From the NCBI GenBank assembly GCA_963545265.1, contig CAUUHY010000002.1, positions 12,953-76,952 of the forward strand: DNA of 64,000 nt. The letters are read 5' to 3'. Positions 1 through 9,971 of this stretch are shown one piece after another; position 1 is the first letter of the stretch, and each line of letters begins with the position of its first letter. Origin of the DNA: an uncultured Eubacteriales bacterium. Its GTDB lineage: Bacteria; Bacillota_I; Bacilli_A; RF39; UBA660. The position numbers and the translations under genes were made by a program. The notes under the pieces are model-generated. The model searched no databases and was not told the origin of the DNA. It saw nothing but the letters and a program-made list of their open reading frames with translations.

Positions 1-2
1 TA

Positions 3-1439
3 GAATATAATAAATCTAATTTATTTTATGGACTTAAAAAAATAAGTAAAATGCTTCAAGATGATAAAAAAGCAATAGATAGATTTGAAACATTGAAAGA
101 AGCTTTATATATAGATAAATATGTTATTTTAAATAAAGATAAAGACTTTGAACTTGAAATAGAAAACGTTAAATATAAAGAAAAAATATTAGCTTTATTT
201 GAATTTATAAATTTAAAAGAAGAATATTTTAAAAAAATATGTGAGAGCGATGATATAAAAACTATCAATGATATGCCAAAAGATAGGTTTTTATATATGG
301 TTAAAACATTTCTAGAAAAAAATAAAATATTAGAAAATCACATAGTAACAGATTCTATTCAATCTAATTATCTGCTTTTAAAACAAGGACAAATTATAGA
401 TATAGAAGCACTTAATAAACATTTAAATACAGTAGATAAAAAGTATAAATATGTAAAGTTAGATAAACAATTAGAACAAGAAATAATATCAAATATGCCT
501 AGTGATTTAAATAATTTGGAGAAATCTATGTATATTTATATGAAAATGTGTAAAACATTAAGTTATGATGATGAATATTATGCAGTAGATCAAAAGGGAG
601 ACGCAGTAGAAAAGCATCAAAATATTGATTATATAACTAATATTACTTTAGATAATCCTAAGGCAGTATGTTTTGAATTTAATGTTATTTATACTAAATT
701 TTTAAATGATTTAGGAATAAATTTTGAAAGTAATTATAAAAATATGTATGGAGAAGCATATGGAGATGCTCATGTAGAACTTGGTTTTAGAGTAGATAAA
801 TTTTTAGTAAATGCTGATTCTGTAACTACGATTTTAGGAGGAGATTTAGTTCGTTCAAAGTTAAATCAACCAGTTATTGGATTAACTTGTGTTAATAAAA
901 ATAATAAAACAAAAGAAGAATTTAATAAGTATTTAAATCATGTTAATAGTATAATTTTAAAAGAGTATAAAATAAAAGAAACTAATAAAGAAGAAAGTTT
1001 GGATGACTTATTAAAAGAATATGAGACTCTTACAAATAATATAAAGGAAGTAAAAATTCAAGATAAGTTCGATTTACTTCTTGAAAAAATAAATTTAAGT
1101 AATATGAGAGGAATTGACTCATATTATTATATAATGCAAATGAAAAAAATTCTTTTTACAGATGAAGAATTAGTTGAAAATTTTGCTTTTAATCTTATAA
1201 GAACGAATCTTCCTCAAGATGAAGAAAAAACTGCTGGTATAGTAGGAATATTTACAGTTAATGATTATAATATAAACGAATATGCTGATTTAAATAAATA
1301 TTATCTTTTAACTGAAAATAACGAAGTTAAAGCTATAAATAAAGAGTTAATAGAAAATAAATTTGAAAGTGGCGAATATGACTTTATAAAGAAAACTGAT
1401 TATGGAATTCCTGGTGTAGTATCTAATAGGAGACGATGA
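3..1439 (+). CDS. transglutaminase-like (Cys-His-Asp fold) protein, probably 5'-truncated by the window edge
   Basis: The reading frame stays open upstream of the ATG at 51 to the window start, and that ATG has no Shine-Dalgarno. Motifs KAVCFEFNVIY...GDAHVELGF...VNADS match the Cys/His/Asp spacing of transglutaminase-like cysteine proteinases. The preceding LEKSMYIYMKMCK helix is typical of that family. Confidence 0.5.
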   Translation, partial: EYNKSNLFYGLKKISKMLQDDKKAIDRFETLKEALYIDKYVILNKDKDFELEIENVKYKEKILALFEFINLKEEYFKKICESDDIKTINDMPKDRFLYMVKTFLEKNKILENHIVTDSIQSNYLLLKQGQIIDIEALNKHLNTVDKKYKYVKLDKQLEQEIISNMPSDLNNLEKSMYIYMKMCKTLSYDDEYYAVDQKGDAVEKHQNIDYITNITLDNPKAVCFEFNVIYTKFLNDLGINFESNYKNMYGEAYGDAHVELGFRVDKFLVNADSVTTILGGDLVRSKLNQPVIGLTCVNKNNKTKEEFNKYLNHVNSIILKEYKIKETNKEESLDDLLKEYETLTNNIKEVKIQDKFDLLLEKINLSNMRGIDSYYYIMQMKKILFTDEELVENFAFNLIRTNLPQDEEKTAGIVGIFTVNDYNINEYADLNKYYLLTENNEVKAINKELIENKFESGEYDFIKKTDYGIPGVVSNRRR

Positions 1440-1669
1440 TGATAGAAAGATTAAAACTATTAAATGAAAATTTAATTTTATTAAATAAAGATAATTTTAA
1501 AGAGAAGGAAAAATATTTAGTTATTAGAAAAATATTAAATAAAAAAGATTTTCTTTTAAATACTAATATAAAATATGTTTATGCTATACTTAGAGATTTA
1601 AAATTTGAAGAAAAAGATCTTAAAAATATTTATCTTAAATTATTGGAAGAAATAAGTGATATAAAATAA
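1436..1669 (+). CDS. hypothetical small protein (77 aa)
   Basis: The start overlaps the upstream stop (ATGATGA), which suggests translational coupling. A terminator follows. No recognisable motif. Confidence 0.4.
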   Translation: MMIERLKLLNENLILLNKDNFKEKEKYLVIRKILNKKDFLLNTNIKYVYAILRDLKFEEKDLKNIYLKLLEEISDIK

Positions 1670-1674
1670 AAAAG

Positions 1675-1709
1675 AACAATAGCTTATAAAACTATTGTTT
1701 TTTGTTTTT
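1675..1709. terminator. bidirectional rho-independent terminator
   Basis: Stem AACAATAG / CTATTGTT with a 9-nt loop. A T-run follows on + and an A-run precedes, giving a T-run on -. It lies between the + strand 77-aa ORF and the 3' end of the - strand tRNA. Confidence 0.6.
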
Positions 1710-1715
1710 ATATAA

Positions 1716-1790
1716 TGGTGTCCTCAGCAAGAATCGAACTTGCATCTAATCCTTAGGAGGGATTTGTTCTATCCATTAAACTATGGGGAC
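1716..1790 (-). tRNA. tRNA-Arg (anticodon CCT), CCA encoded
   Basis: The reverse complement GTCCCCATAGTTTAATGGATAGAACAAATCCCTCCTAAGGATTAGATGCAAGTTCGATTCTTGCTGAGGACACCA folds as a cloverleaf. It has a 7-bp acceptor stem (one C-A mismatch), D arm GTTT/AGAC-type, anticodon stem AATCC/GGATT with loop CTCCTAA, T arm GCAAG-TTCGATT-CTTGC, discriminator A and CCA. Confidence 0.9.
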
Positions 1791-1849
1791 GTTTTCCTAA
1801 ATAAAATTATAACATAAATTTATTTTAATAAAAATATTAGCTTGTTTTA

Positions 1850-1858
1850 TGATATACT
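1850..1858 (+). promoter_or_regulatory. extended -10 promoter element (TGATATACT) upstream of eno
   Basis: TGnTATACT lies 19 nt upstream of the eno ATG, followed by RBS AGGAGAG. No clear -35. Confidence 0.35.
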
Positions 1859-1876
1859 TTATTATAGGAGAGTAAT

Positions 1877-3112
1877 ATGAAAATAGTAGATATTAAAGCA
1901 AGAGAAATATTAGATTCTAGAGGGAATCCAACAGTAGCTGTAAAAGTCTTTTTAGAAGATGGAGCAATTGGAGAATTTAAAGTTCCTTCAGGAGCATCAA
2001 CTGGGGAAAAAGAAGCTTTAGAATTAAGAGATAATGATAAAAATAGATACCTTGGAAAAGGAGTTTTAATAGCAGTTAATAATGTTAATACTGTAATAAG
2101 AGAAAATTTAATTGGAATGGATGCTTACAATCAAATATTGATTGATGAAACAATGATATCCTTAGATGGAACAATGGATAAAAGTAAATTGGGAGCAAAT
2201 GCTATATTAGGAGTATCTGTTGCAAACTTAAAAGCAGCAGCAGCATCTTTAAAACTTCCAATTTATAAATATATTGGTGGAATAAATGCGACTGTTTTAC
2301 CAGTTCCTATGTTAAATGTAATAAATGGTGGAAGTCATGCAGATTCAACAGTAGATTTTCAAGAATATATGATAGTACCTGTAAAAAACGTTAATTTTCA
2401 TGAAAAAATAAGAATAGCTTCAGAAGTATTTCACAGTTTGAAATCTTTATTAAAAAAGAATAATTTATCAACAGGAGTTGGTGATGAAGGTGGTTTTGCA
2501 CCAAACTTTAGTAATAATGAAGAAGCTTTAATATATATAGTAGAAGCTATTAAAAATGCTGGATATCAACCAGGTATTGATGTTGCTATAGCACTTGATG
2601 TTGCAGCTAGTGAATTCTTTGATAAAGAAAAAAGTAAATACGTCTTTAAATCAAAAGAAGAAAAAACATCTTTAGAAATGATTAATTATTTAAAAGAATT
2701 AGTTGAAAAATATCCAATTATATCTATAGAAGATGGACTTGATGAAAACGATATAGACAATTGGATTATTTACAGTAAAGAAGTAAATAATATGATTCAA
2801 AATGTAGGAGATGATTTATTTGTTACTAATAAGAAAATATTAGCAGAAGGTATTAGAAATAATATAGCTAACTCAATACTTATTAAGTTAAATCAAATTG
2901 GAACAGTAACAGAAACTTTAGAAACTATAGAACTTGCTAAAACATATGGGTATACAACAATAATTTCTCATAGATCTGGAGAAACAGAAGATACATTTAT
3001 TGCAGATCTAGCAGTAGGAGTAAATGCTGGTCAAATTAAAACAGGTTCTATGTCTAGAAGTGAAAGAATAGCAAAATATAATAGATTAATGGAAATTGAA
3101 GAAGAACTATAG
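1877..3112 (+). CDS. eno: enolase (phosphopyruvate hydratase)
   Basis: Full-length similarity to bacterial enolases: [67 protein letters not shown]. It ends right after the ..IEEEL motif and lacks the usual ~18-aa C-terminal tail. Confidence 0.97.
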   Translation: MKIVDIKAREILDSRGNPTVAVKVFLEDGAIGEFKVPSGASTGEKEALELRDNDKNRYLGKGVLIAVNNVNTVIRENLIGMDAYNQILIDETMISLDGTMDKSKLGANAILGVSVANLKAAAASLKLPIYKYIGGINATVLPVPMLNVINGGSHADSTVDFQEYMIVPVKNVNFHEKIRIASEVFHSLKSLLKKNNLSTGVGDEGGFAPNFSNNEEALIYIVEAIKNAGYQPGIDVAIALDVAASEFFDKEKSKYVFKSKEEKTSLEMINYLKELVEKYPIISIEDGLDENDIDNWIIYSKEVNNMIQNVGDDLFVTNKKILAEGIRNNIANSILIKLNQIGTVTETLETIELAKTYGYTTIISHRSGETEDTFIADLAVGVNAGQIKTGSMSRSERIAKYNRLMEIEEEL

Positions 3113-3120
3113 GAGACATT

Positions 3121-4158
3121 ATGTTAAGAAGATGCAATACTTGTGGAAATTATTTTGAATCAAATACAGGTATATGTTCTATATGTGGTGCTAATAATTT
3201 AGCTCCAGGTGAAAGACTTGTACCACCTAAAAGACCTGTAAAAAAAGTAGTAGCTAAAAAGAAAAGCGTATGGCCTTTTGTTATAGTTATGTTTTTAATT
3301 GTAGTAATTGCAGCTGGTATTATTTTATATAATATAAATAATCCAAAATACGCAAATGATAATATAGTGAAATTAACAGGAGATGTTATTTCAAAACCAA
3401 CTAGTGTTTTACCAAAAACAAAAGGAACTTTAGAAAGTTCAAAAAATAGTAAAAACACTAACGAAGTTATAATTACTTATAAAAATGCTGATCAAGTTGA
3501 TATTAATAGATATGGAGAATATTTAAAAGAAAGAGGGTTTATTCCTTTTAGTCAACAAAAGGGGCTAGGTTATATAAAAACTAGTTCTGTTGATGTAAAT
3601 AAAGTTATAGTAGTTTCACTAGGATGTAGCAATGAAAATACTTGCTTTGCTAGTTTTAAGAAAACTATAGGAAAAATAGATCACTATGTAGCTGGTAGTA
3701 GTTTTACTAGAGTTGGAAATTCAACAGTTGGATATATTACTTTAAGTGATAGATTCTCTCATGTTGATAATTCTACAAATCCTTTAATTTATAAAGAAAA
3801 AGAAAATAGAGCTGTAATTGCTCTTGCAGTTATTAGAAATGCAGATACCAAAAACTTTCAAACTTACCAAAATAAAATAGTAGTAGATTTAAATAATCAA
3901 TTAAGAAAAAATCAAATAAAAGATTTAGCTACTAAGGGAATAGCTCTAGGAGATAACGAAGGATTTATGGTAAGTTACCATAAATTACCAAGTAAAGAAT
4001 TAAATATGGAATATTATATTTATATAGAAGCAACAAAAGAAGTTAGAAAAATAGTTATAAAAACAGCAGATGATTTATCTAAATATAAAGATTTAATATC
4101 AAGTTATTATACAGAATATAATAATAACAAGAATCAATCAATTCAAATAAATGGTTAA
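3121..4158 (+). CDS. zinc-ribbon membrane protein, function unknown
   Basis: N-terminal CxxC-x12-CxxC (CNTCGN..CSICG) is followed by one TM helix (WPFVIVMFLIVVIAAGIILY) and a ~270-aa extracytoplasmic region. Confidence 0.55.
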   Translation: MLRRCNTCGNYFESNTGICSICGANNLAPGERLVPPKRPVKKVVAKKKSVWPFVIVMFLIVVIAAGIILYNINNPKYANDNIVKLTGDVISKPTSVLPKTKGTLESSKNSKNTNEVIITYKNADQVDINRYGEYLKERGFIPFSQQKGLGYIKTSSVDVNKVIVVSLGCSNENTCFASFKKTIGKIDHYVAGSSFTRVGNSTVGYITLSDRFSHVDNSTNPLIYKEKENRAVIALAVIRNADTKNFQTYQNKIVVDLNNQLRKNQIKDLATKGIALGDNEGFMVSYHKLPSKELNMEYYIYIEATKEVRKIVIKTADDLSKYKDLISSYYTEYNNNKNQSIQING

Positions 4159-4161
4159 AAT

Positions 4162-5259
4162 ATGAAGAGAATATTAAAAATTATATTAGCTTTTATTGCG
4201 CTTGTTATATTTATAACATTTACATATGTTCTTTATGTAAGTTTGCAATATTATAGAATTAAAGATAATACAAAATTAAATGTAGAAAATAATACAACTA
4301 ATAACTTTGAATTTGATAAAGAATATAAAGTATTGACATACAACATCGGTTTTGGTGCTTATGACCATGGTTTTTCATTCTTTTTAGATGAAGCATATAC
4401 AAGGGATAATAAATTTATTGTTGGTAAATACGCTAAAGCTATATCTAAAAAAAATGTAATAAATAATACTAACAAAGTAATAGATATATTAAAAGAAAAT
4501 AAATCAGATGTTTATTTAATTCAAGAAATAGATAAAAGAGCTAATAGAAGCTATTTTATCAATCAAGTAAATGAAATAACTAACAATTTTAAAGATTATT
4601 CTTCAGTTTATACTTCTAATTTTCATTCAGCATACTTGGCATATCCAATCCACGATATGATAGGTAAAAGCGAATCGGGATTACTTACGCTTTCTAAGTA
4701 TAATTTTTATAGTAATATTAGAAGAAGTTATCCTGTAACTAAAGAATTTTTTAAGAAGTTTTTCGATTTAGATAGAGCATTTAGCGTACACAGATCAAAA
4801 CTGAAAAATAATAAAGATTTAGTGATTGTTAATTCTCATATGTCTGCTTATGATAAAGGTGGAAATATCAGAAGAAAGCAACTAGAAATACTAAAAGTCT
4901 TTATGAAAGAAGAAAAAAATAAAGGCAATTATGTTATAATAGGTGGTGATTTTAATCACGATTATGCTAATACCAAAACTCTATATATGGGAGACAAAAA
5001 AGTTCCTGACTGGGTATTTGATTTAAGTGATAAAGATTTAATAGATGGATATAATTTTGTAATACCAAGTAACAAAAATTTATTTGGAACTTGTAGAGGA
5101 GCAGAAAGTCCTTACGATAAAGAAAAAACATATCAAGTAGTAATTGACGGTTTTATAGTTAGTGATAATATAGAAGCAACAAGTACTATAATAGATACCG
5201 AATATATAGCAAGTGATCATCAACCGGTTATGTTAAAATTTAGGTTAAAAGAGAAGTAA
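4162..5259 (+). CDS. endonuclease/exonuclease/phosphatase (EEP) family protein with N-terminal membrane anchor
   Basis: EEP motifs DVYLIQEID, NSHMSA, GGDFNHD and SDHQPV. N-terminal TM helix. Confidence 0.75.
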   Translation: MKRILKIILAFIALVIFITFTYVLYVSLQYYRIKDNTKLNVENNTTNNFEFDKEYKVLTYNIGFGAYDHGFSFFLDEAYTRDNKFIVGKYAKAISKKNVINNTNKVIDILKENKSDVYLIQEIDKRANRSYFINQVNEITNNFKDYSSVYTSNFHSAYLAYPIHDMIGKSESGLLTLSKYNFYSNIRRSYPVTKEFFKKFFDLDRAFSVHRSKLKNNKDLVIVNSHMSAYDKGGNIRRKQLEILKVFMKEEKNKGNYVIIGGDFNHDYANTKTLYMGDKKVPDWVFDLSDKDLIDGYNFVIPSNKNLFGTCRGAESPYDKEKTYQVVIDGFIVSDNIEATSTIIDTEYIASDHQPVMLKFRLKEK

Positions 5260-5260
5260 T

Positions 5261-5797
5261 ATGAGAATTATTAGTGGAAAATATAAAAACAAACTTATTA
5301 TAGGTCATGACGTTTTAGGAACAAGACCAACGATGTCAAAAATAAGAGAAGCTTTAATGTCTCTTATTTTTGAATATCTAAATGATAGTGTTTTTTTAGA
5401 TTTATTTGCTGGAAGTGGTATTATTGCTTTCGAAGCATTAAGTAATGGAGCTAAAAAAATAATTTTAAACGACATGAATTATAAGTGTATTAAAAACATT
5501 AAGATTAATAAAAAAAATTTAAAGTTAACAGATGAAGAATGTGTAGTAGAAAATAAATTTTATGATAAATTCTTAAAAAAAAATGAAGAAAAAGTAGATA
5601 TTATATATTTGGATCCACCTTATTTAAAGGTTTCATTTAAAGATATAATAAAAAATATTAAAAATAGTGATATATTAAAAGAAAATACTATTATTATTAT
5701 AGAAACAAATAAAGAAGAAGAATTAGAAGATTTAGAAAAAATAAAATCTAAAAAATATGGAGATAAATATATATTTATATATAAAATAAAAAGGTGA
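5261..5797 (+). CDS. rsmD: 16S rRNA (guanine966-N2)-methyltransferase RsmD family
   Basis: MRIISG..RPT start, SAM-binding DLFAGSG and DPPY catalytic motif. Size is typical (178 aa). Confidence 0.8.
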   Translation: MRIISGKYKNKLIIGHDVLGTRPTMSKIREALMSLIFEYLNDSVFLDLFAGSGIIAFEALSNGAKKIILNDMNYKCIKNIKINKKNLKLTDEECVVENKFYDKFLKKNEEKVDIIYLDPPYLKVSFKDIIKNIKNSDILKENTIIIIETNKEEELEDLEKIKSKKYGDKYIFIYKIKR

Positions 5798-5801
5798 AAA
5801 A

Positions 5802-6854
5802 ATGAATAACAATAAAGGATTTGCTGTTTCAACTTTATTATATGGAATGCTTGCAATATTAATTATAATAATGGCATTTTTAGTTTCTAGTCTTAGAACA
5901 AAGAGAAACATATCAAAAAGTATAACTGATAATATTGTTTTAAACTTAAATAATTGCGCTGAAAAATTAGCTCAATATAGAATATGTTTAACTGAAGAAG
6001 CAAAAAATAAAAATTGTTCTATAGAAGAAAGTCAATATAACTTATGCTTAAATATTGAGTCATTTGAATCAGCAGAAGGAATTAGTGTTCAACGACTAAG
6101 AACAGAACTTGAAAAATCAGGTCAAATAGAGAAGATTAATAATAGATATATGCTTATTAAGCCTCTATATGTTTTTAGGGGAGAAAATATAAACAATAAT
6201 CATGTTATGTATGAAAATAAAAGAGGTAGAATAATATATTTTACTAATAATAATATTATGAAGGTGTTATTTGATGATGGTGGACATAACAAATATACAG
6301 ATGTAATATTAAATACTAATTTAGCAAATATTTCAGATGTAAACTTCTGGACTTCATCTTTTGTATATAATTATTTAAATACTGATTATAAATTAACTTT
6401 TAATAACATTAATTTATTTCATGATAGTATAACGATTGGAGTAGGAAGTTTATATAATAAAAATTACAATATATTTTTTACATTAGATGAAAAATCTACA
6501 GAAGATAGTTTATATTCTTTAATTTATGGTTATTATGGGAAGAAAACAAATAAAAATTCTCAAAGTTCAGATTCACTTTTTTCACTTTTTTCTGTAGCAG
6601 ATTTATTTTTAACTAGTAGATGTGATTTAAATAACTATATATCAAATTCATGTATTAATACTAGTTGGCTTAATAAACTTGAAAAATCTTGGACTATTAA
6701 TAAAGTTCATAATGAATATAGCTTATTTACTAATAAAATGGATATTTCACAAAGTAATCAAATTCTAAGAATATATCCAGTAGTTCACTTTAGATCTGTT
6801 ACTAAAATAATAGGTGGAACTGGAAGTGAATCGGATCCTTATATTTTAGGATAA
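5802..6854 (+). CDS. hypothetical exported/membrane protein with prepilin-like N-terminus
   Basis: MNNNKG|FAVSTLLYGMLAILIIIMAFLV resembles a class III (type IV pilin/pseudopilin) signal but lacks Glu+5. The rest has no recognised motif. Confidence 0.45.
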   Translation: MNNNKGFAVSTLLYGMLAILIIIMAFLVSSLRTKRNISKSITDNIVLNLNNCAEKLAQYRICLTEEAKNKNCSIEESQYNLCLNIESFESAEGISVQRLRTELEKSGQIEKINNRYMLIKPLYVFRGENINNNHVMYENKRGRIIYFTNNNIMKVLFDDGGHNKYTDVILNTNLANISDVNFWTSSFVYNYLNTDYKLTFNNINLFHDSITIGVGSLYNKNYNIFFTLDEKSTEDSLYSLIYGYYGKKTNKNSQSSDSLFSLFSVADLFLTSRCDLNNYISNSCINTSWLNKLEKSWTINKVHNEYSLFTNKMDISQSNQILRIYPVVHFRSVTKIIGGTGSESDPYILG

Positions 6855-6883
6855 AAAATAATATAATTATTTAGGAGTCGTAT

Positions 6884-8092
6884 ATGAAAAATAATAATAA
6901 TATATATAATCAAGCTTATGAAAAGTCTTTAGAAATTGCAGTTTCTGAATTTTATGAAGGGAACTATTTAAAAAAATATAAAGTTAACTCTGATTATCTA
7001 TCGTTAAAAGATATAGTCAAAAATATAATAAGTCCTAATTTGCCTAGCAACTTCGACGAAAAATTTTTAGAACTTTTTTTAATACCAAATGAAGAAACAG
7101 AAGATTTAGATGAAGAAACTAGTAAAAAACTTTTTAATGCAGCAAAAGCTTCTAATTTTCTTAGTATATTAATCAATGATTATTTACTAAAAGATAATGC
7201 TTTTATAGAAAAATTTGAATCTGAATTAAAAAAATCAGTAGTTAGAGAAAAACTAGAAGAAAAAGAATTTTTTGAATATTTAGATAAAAATGTTATTTAT
7301 TCTCCTTCCAAAATAAGAGATTTAAAAGCTAGTAATTTAGAAAGAGAAGTAAGAGATACTAAAATGGGACAAGATACAGAGTTAGAAAAATTGCTTTTTA
7401 AAACATTAAGTTCTAAATATGCTAAAAAACAACCTGTTATATTACCTAAAATAGTAGTTCCTCAAAAGACAGACGAACAGATACAAGAAGATATAAAAGA
7501 AGATTTAGAGGATTTAAAAGATATATCTAGATTAGAAAAGATGATAGCTGATAGATTTTATGCTTATGTTTTAATAAGATATGGTAAAACAAAAAGAGAT
7601 TTATTAAATTATTTAAACGATGGTATAAATCATAGTAATTTATATAGGGAAGAGTATAATAAAGAAATAGATAAAGCATTAGTTATAAAAGATAAGATTC
7701 ATCAAAGAGATTATGTATACGATGAAAGAGGTACTTTAGAAAGAAAATTACCAATACTTCCTAATTTAGAAGAACTTCCAAGAGATTATTATCGTAACTC
7801 TATTTATTCAGAAGATTTTTTTGCTACACATGAAAGAGAAAAACACTTAGTAGAACAAATAGATCAAATAAAAATAGAAGAAGAGAAAAAAGTGGAAAGA
7901 GAAAAATTTTTAACTAACAAATTACATACTTATAAGCTAATTTTAAGACATAGATTAGGATTTTCAAATGAACAAGTAAGTGATATGGACGATCAAACAG
8001 TAATTTCTATTGTTAATCAAGCTAGAGAACATGGCATTTTAGATAAAGAAAAAGATAAAGAAGAAAATACTCAAGAAAGAAAAAGAAGTTAA
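6884..8092 (+). CDS. hypothetical acidic, Lys/Glu-rich protein (402 aa)
   Basis: Long ORF with RBS AGGAG 8 nt upstream and a terminator at its end. No motif recognised. Confidence 0.5.
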   Translation: MKNNNNIYNQAYEKSLEIAVSEFYEGNYLKKYKVNSDYLSLKDIVKNIISPNLPSNFDEKFLELFLIPNEETEDLDEETSKKLFNAAKASNFLSILINDYLLKDNAFIEKFESELKKSVVREKLEEKEFFEYLDKNVIYSPSKIRDLKASNLEREVRDTKMGQDTELEKLLFKTLSSKYAKKQPVILPKIVVPQKTDEQIQEDIKEDLEDLKDISRLEKMIADRFYAYVLIRYGKTKRDLLNYLNDGINHSNLYREEYNKEIDKALVIKDKIHQRDYVYDERGTLERKLPILPNLEELPRDYYRNSIYSEDFFATHEREKHLVEQIDQIKIEEEKKVEREKFLTNKLHTYKLILRHRLGFSNEQVSDMDDQTVISIVNQAREHGILDKEKDKEENTQERKRS

Positions 8093-8111
8093 TATATATT
8101 AACTTCTTTTT
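8084..8111 (+). terminator. rho-independent terminator
   Basis: Perfect palindrome AGAAGTTAATAT/ATATTAACTTCT followed by TTTT. It overlaps the stop codon of the 402-aa ORF. Confidence 0.55.
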
Positions 8112-8114
8112 AAA

Positions 8115-8123
8115 TGGTATAAT
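8115..8123 (+). promoter_or_regulatory. extended -10 element TGGTATAAT upstream of rlmN
   Basis: Perfect TGnTATAAT 19 nt upstream of the ATG at 8142. Confidence 0.4.
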
Positions 8124-8141
8124 TATTAAAGGGTGTATAAT

Positions 8142-9161
8142 ATGCAAGCAATATATGATTTAACAATAGAAGAATTAGAAAATTATTTTGAAGCAAAAAA
8201 TGAAAAAATATATAAAGCTAAATATTTATATAATTTTTTGTATAAAGAAAAAATAAAAGATTTTGATGAAATAACAACTTTAAAAAAAGCACTTAGGGAA
8301 GAGTTAAAAAAAGATTTTTATTTTCCATCTCTTAAAAAATTAAAACATGAAAAAGAAACAGACGTTGAAAAATTTTTATTTGTTTTAGAAGATGATCTTT
8401 TAATAGAAGCTGTACTGATGAGACATGATTATGGTTTGAGTTTATGTATGTCTTCTCAAGTAGGATGTAACATGGGATGTAAGTTTTGTGAATCTGGAAG
8501 ACTTAAGAAAAGAAGAAATTTAGCAGCTTATGAAATGGTTGAACAAATATTAAAAGTAGAAGAATTAATAGGTGAAAAAATAACTAGAATAGTAGTTATG
8601 GGAATAGGTGAACCTTTTGATAATTATGATAATTTTACAAAATTTGTAAAGATTATTAATTCAGATTTAGGTCTTAGTATAGGAAGTCGTCATATCACAG
8701 TTTCTACTTGTGGAATAGTACCTAAAATAAAAGAATTTGCAGATTTTCCTTACCAAGTAAATCTTGCTATTTCTCTTCATTCTGCAATTGAGGAAAAAAG
8801 AAAAGAAATGATGCCTATAGCAAATGCTTATGATTTAAAAGCTTTAAAAGATTCTCTTATCTATTATTTTAATAAGACACATAGAAGAATAACTATAGAA
8901 TATATAATGTTAAATAAAATAAATGATAGTTTAACAGATGCTAAGGCATTAGTTGAGTATGTTAAAGATTTAAATTGTTATATAAATTTAATACCATATA
9001 ATAGTACAAATGCTAGTGATTTTAAAAGAAGTAGCGATGAAGATATAAAGAAGTTCTATGACTATTTAATTAAGAATAATTTAACTGCTACAGTAAGAAA
9101 AGAATTTGGAAGTAAAATAAGTGCTGCATGTGGACAACTAAGTAGTATGGCTGAAAAATAA
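8142..9161 (+). CDS. rlmN: 23S rRNA/tRNA (adenine-C2)-methyltransferase RlmN (radical SAM)
   Basis: Radical-SAM CNMGCKFC, GIGEP and the C-terminal catalytic Cys context SAACGQL. The ATG at 8142, with AAAGGG upstream, is preferred over the GTG at 8133 used by the ORF track. Confidence 0.92.
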   Translation: MQAIYDLTIEELENYFEAKNEKIYKAKYLYNFLYKEKIKDFDEITTLKKALREELKKDFYFPSLKKLKHEKETDVEKFLFVLEDDLLIEAVLMRHDYGLSLCMSSQVGCNMGCKFCESGRLKKRRNLAAYEMVEQILKVEELIGEKITRIVVMGIGEPFDNYDNFTKFVKIINSDLGLSIGSRHITVSTCGIVPKIKEFADFPYQVNLAISLHSAIEEKRKEMMPIANAYDLKALKDSLIYYFNKTHRRITIEYIMLNKINDSLTDAKALVEYVKDLNCYINLIPYNSTNASDFKRSSDEDIKKFYDYLIKNNLTATVRKEFGSKISAACGQLSSMAEK

Positions 9162-9186
9162 ATCTATTTAAAAATAGTAAATAAAA

Positions 9187-9195
9187 TGTTAAAAT
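9187..9195 (+). promoter_or_regulatory. extended -10-like element TGTTAAAAT upstream of stp
   Basis: TGnTAAAAT lies 33 nt upstream of the stp ATG, and RBS AAAGGAG precedes the start. Confidence 0.3.
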
Positions 9196-9227
9196 CAATA
9201 TAGATTATAAATAATAAAGGAGACGTA

Positions 9228-9971
9228 ATGATATCATATTTTCTAACTGATACTGGAAGAATAAGAACACATAATGAAGATAGTGTAACGATAGTAAAAA
9301 ATAAAAAAGGTGAAATGTTAGCGTGTGTTGCTGATGGAGTTGGTGGACATAAAGCTGGTGAAATTGCAAGTCAAATAGCTATTAATACAATTACAGAAGC
9401 ATTTAAAGAAACATTTAAAGATTTAGATAAATTATCTGCAATTAATTGGTTAAGACAAGCTACAACAGAAGTTAATAATAAAATATTTAGTTATGTTGAT
9501 AAACATGAAGAAGCTAAAGGTATGGGAACAACTTTAGTTTGTGCTTTAATTACTAAAGATTATATATTAATTGGTAATGTTGGAGATTCATCTGGTTTTG
9601 CAGTAAAAAAAGAAAAATTATATAAAATAACATATGATCATACATTAGTTAATCTTTTATTAAAAGCAGGAGAAATAACAGAGGAAGAAGCTAAAAATCA
9701 TCCTAAGAAAAATGTCCTTATGAAAGCTCTTGGAACTAACAATCCAATTGAAATAGATATATTTGATTGTGATTTAGATGTAGATGGTATTCTTCTTGCA
9801 AGTGATGGTTTAACTAATATGTTAGATAAAGAAAAAATAATGACAGTATTAAATAGTAACGAACCTATTCAAGATAAAGTTATTAAACTAATTGCTAAAG
9901 CAAATAATAGAGGTGGAACAGACAATATTTCTGTAGCATATGTTGATTTTAAAGAAGGTGTTAAAAAGTGA
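9228..9971 (+). CDS. stp: PP2C-family Ser/Thr protein phosphatase (Stp/PrpC)
   Basis: Motifs NEDS, DGVGGH, GTTLV, SDGL and GGTDNIS. It overlaps the downstream kinase gene by 4 nt, as in the conserved stp-prkC pair. Confidence 0.9.
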   Translation: MISYFLTDTGRIRTHNEDSVTIVKNKKGEMLACVADGVGGHKAGEIASQIAINTITEAFKETFKDLDKLSAINWLRQATTEVNNKIFSYVDKHEEAKGMGTTLVCALITKDYILIGNVGDSSGFAVKKEKLYKITYDHTLVNLLLKAGEITEEEAKNHPKKNVLMKALGTNNPIEIDIFDCDLDVDGILLASDGLTNMLDKEKIMTVLNSNEPIQDKVIKLIAKANNRGGTDNISVAYVDFKEGVKK

